Assembly: GCA_029289095.1 (NCBI GenBank)
Contig: JARFUG010000005.1
Span: 11,914-75,913 of the forward strand
Reading direction: 5' to 3'
From: Desulfuromonadales bacterium
GTDB lineage: Bacteria > Desulfobacterota > Desulfuromonadia > Desulfuromonadales > JACZKF01
Length of the DNA: 64,000 nucleotides
Shown here: positions 63,088-64,000 of the stretch, piece by piece
How positions within the stretch are numbered: position 1 is the first letter of the stretch
Layout of the letters: each line of letters begins with the position of its first letter
The notes under the pieces: generated by a model
Told to the model about the DNA's origin: nothing
Database searches by the model: none
Seen by the model: only the letters and a program-made list of their open reading frames with translations
Made by a program: the position numbers and the translations under genes

Positions 63088-63933
63088 TCAGAATGCCTCG
63101 GTGGTGAAGCTGTAGACAGGGCTCCCCAGTTCGACGCCGTCGGCGTGAACGGCCACAACCTGCCAGTAATACGTGGTGGAGGGTTCCAGGTTGTGGACCG
63201 TATGGGAGGTCTGGACGATATCGCTCAAAACCTCGACTTTGCTGGTATCCCACTCGAATTCGCTGCCGATCTGACCGAGGTCGATTCCGGTGTAGTCGCT
63301 GCCGTCGCCGCAGCCGCTTGCCAGGAAGATGAACGATGCAAGCAGCAGCGGAGCGATGAATTTCATCCGCCGGCGTGATTTCATGCCGAAGCCGGCCAGG
63401 GCGAGAACGGACATTCCGGCGAGCAGGGCGCCTCCCTGGTGAGCCTGGGCGACGGAGGTCTTTTCGAGTGCGGAGGCATCGGTGGTGTAGGCGAGCTTGT
63501 AGTAAATGACTTCGTCGACGGCGGGAGGCGTTTCCCAGCCGAAGGCGACTTCCCTCGGTGAGTGGAGGCTCTGGTCGGCAGGGAAGGTGACGTTCGGCGT
63601 CCAGTGGCTGGCGATGATGTTGGAGAACTCGCTCTCAACGCCCCAGGCGTCGTAAGCGGTGACGGCGAAGTAGTAGACCTGCCCATTGAGTCCGGTGATC
63701 GTCGACTCGAGGGAGAGGCCGATGTCGATGGGAGAGCGCCCCTGGTCGGCGCCGGCGCCGTCAAACGGCCCGTCGGGGTTGGCGGCTCGGTAGTAAACGC
63801 GGTAGCCGGCAATGTTCGGATCGTCGTCGGCCTCGAGCTGCAGGCGGATGTCCTTTGCCCATGCGCCGGCGCAGAGGGTCAGGATCAGCAGGGGCAGTGC
63901 AATCAGATGAAAGAACAGGCGGTTTTTTTTCAC
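63088..63933 (-). CDS. FN3-like secreted protein ORF with an internal anchor-like segment plus a lipoprotein signal (possible two-gene fusion)
   Basis: GTG 63933 (AAAGGAG RBS). Signal MKKNRLFFHLIALPLLILTLCAGAWA. FN3 block KDIRLQLEADDDPNIAGYRVYYR...YYFAVTAYDAWGVES. Internal GGALLAGMSVLALAGFGMKSRRR is followed directly by MKFIAPLLLASFIFLASGC and a second FN3-like block (EPSTTYYWQVVAV). Confidence 0.6.
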   Translation of the reverse strand: MKKNRLFFHLIALPLLILTLCAGAWAKDIRLQLEADDDPNIAGYRVYYRAANPDGPFDGAGADQGRSPIDIGLSLESTITGLNGQVYYFAVTAYDAWGVESEFSNIIASHWTPNVTFPADQSLHSPREVAFGWETPPAVDEVIYYKLAYTTDASALEKTSVAQAHQGGALLAGMSVLALAGFGMKSRRRMKFIAPLLLASFIFLASGCGDGSDYTGIDLGQIGSEFEWDTSKVEVLSDIVQTSHTVHNLEPSTTYYWQVVAVHADGVELGSPVYSFTTEAF

Positions 63934-64000
63934 GGTGAAACTCCTTTTCCATTTAGGTGATGTCCCTCCAGGAGCGAAGGTTCATTGCAGATCGACAGCA

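Noticed and set aside
1-64000. Mobile elements, prophage genes, rRNA/tRNA genes, toxin-antitoxin or defence systems.
   Set aside because: No transposase, integrase or recombinase motifs, no terminal inverted repeats bracketing a gene, no tRNA cloverleaf candidates and no defence-gene signatures were seen in any frame. The only evidence for horizontal acquisition is compositional (43.3-44.1 kb).

Overview
This GC-rich window is almost entirely one very large exopolysaccharide (EPS) biosynthesis and export locus of the PEP-CTERM/exosortase (XrtA-EpsI) type. About 45 co-directional + strand genes run from 2013 to 60898.

**Flanks.** Two divergent SDR sugar epimerase/dehydratase genes sit at the 5' end (1-1564, - strand). 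A convergent - strand module of secreted beta-helix and fibronectin-III-like proteins sits at the 3' end (60988-63933).

**Proximal half (2-40 kb).** This half carries the classical PEP-CTERM-locus marker set:
- priming sugar transferase
- Wza-like exporter
- Wzz-like protein
- BY-kinase-like ATPase
- ExeA-like ATPase
- outer-membrane (OM) beta-barrel protein
- locus-type deacetylase
- FemAB-like protein
- TPR lipoprotein
- exosortase and EpsI
- one bona fide PEP-CTERM cargo gene

It also holds GT2/GT4 glycosyltransferases, Wzx, Wzy and three paralogous secreted beta-helix proteins.

**Distal half (40-61 kb).** It starts with a radical SAM/SPASM-like gene directly after xrtA-epsI. It adds four more FemAB-fold (CelD/BioF2-like) acyltransferases, a DegT-like enzyme, deacetylases, an ATP-grasp ligase, an ABC exporter, an LMW tyrosine phosphatase, a second Wzy-like protein and more glycosyltransferases.

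**Signals not explained by the gene list:**
1. Tandem arrays with an exact 7-nt unit (CCAGGAG, GGAGTCG, GGACGGA, GAAACCT, TAAGGAA and their complements) fill nine gene junctions in the first 37 kb. They are absent from the distal half.
2. Four good sigma-54 (-24/-12) promoter matches precede the two lipoprotein beta-helix genes, the PEP-CTERM cargo gene and the TPR lipoprotein gene.
3. An AT-rich patch lies around 43.3-44.1 kb.
4. An FN3 ORF carries an internal C-terminal-anchor-like segment followed directly by a lipoprotein signal peptide.

No rRNA, tRNA, CRISPR array, transposase or integrase was seen. All calls come from reading the sequence and the ORF translations. No database search was run, and start codons were refined by eye (RBS, signal peptides, start/stop overlaps).
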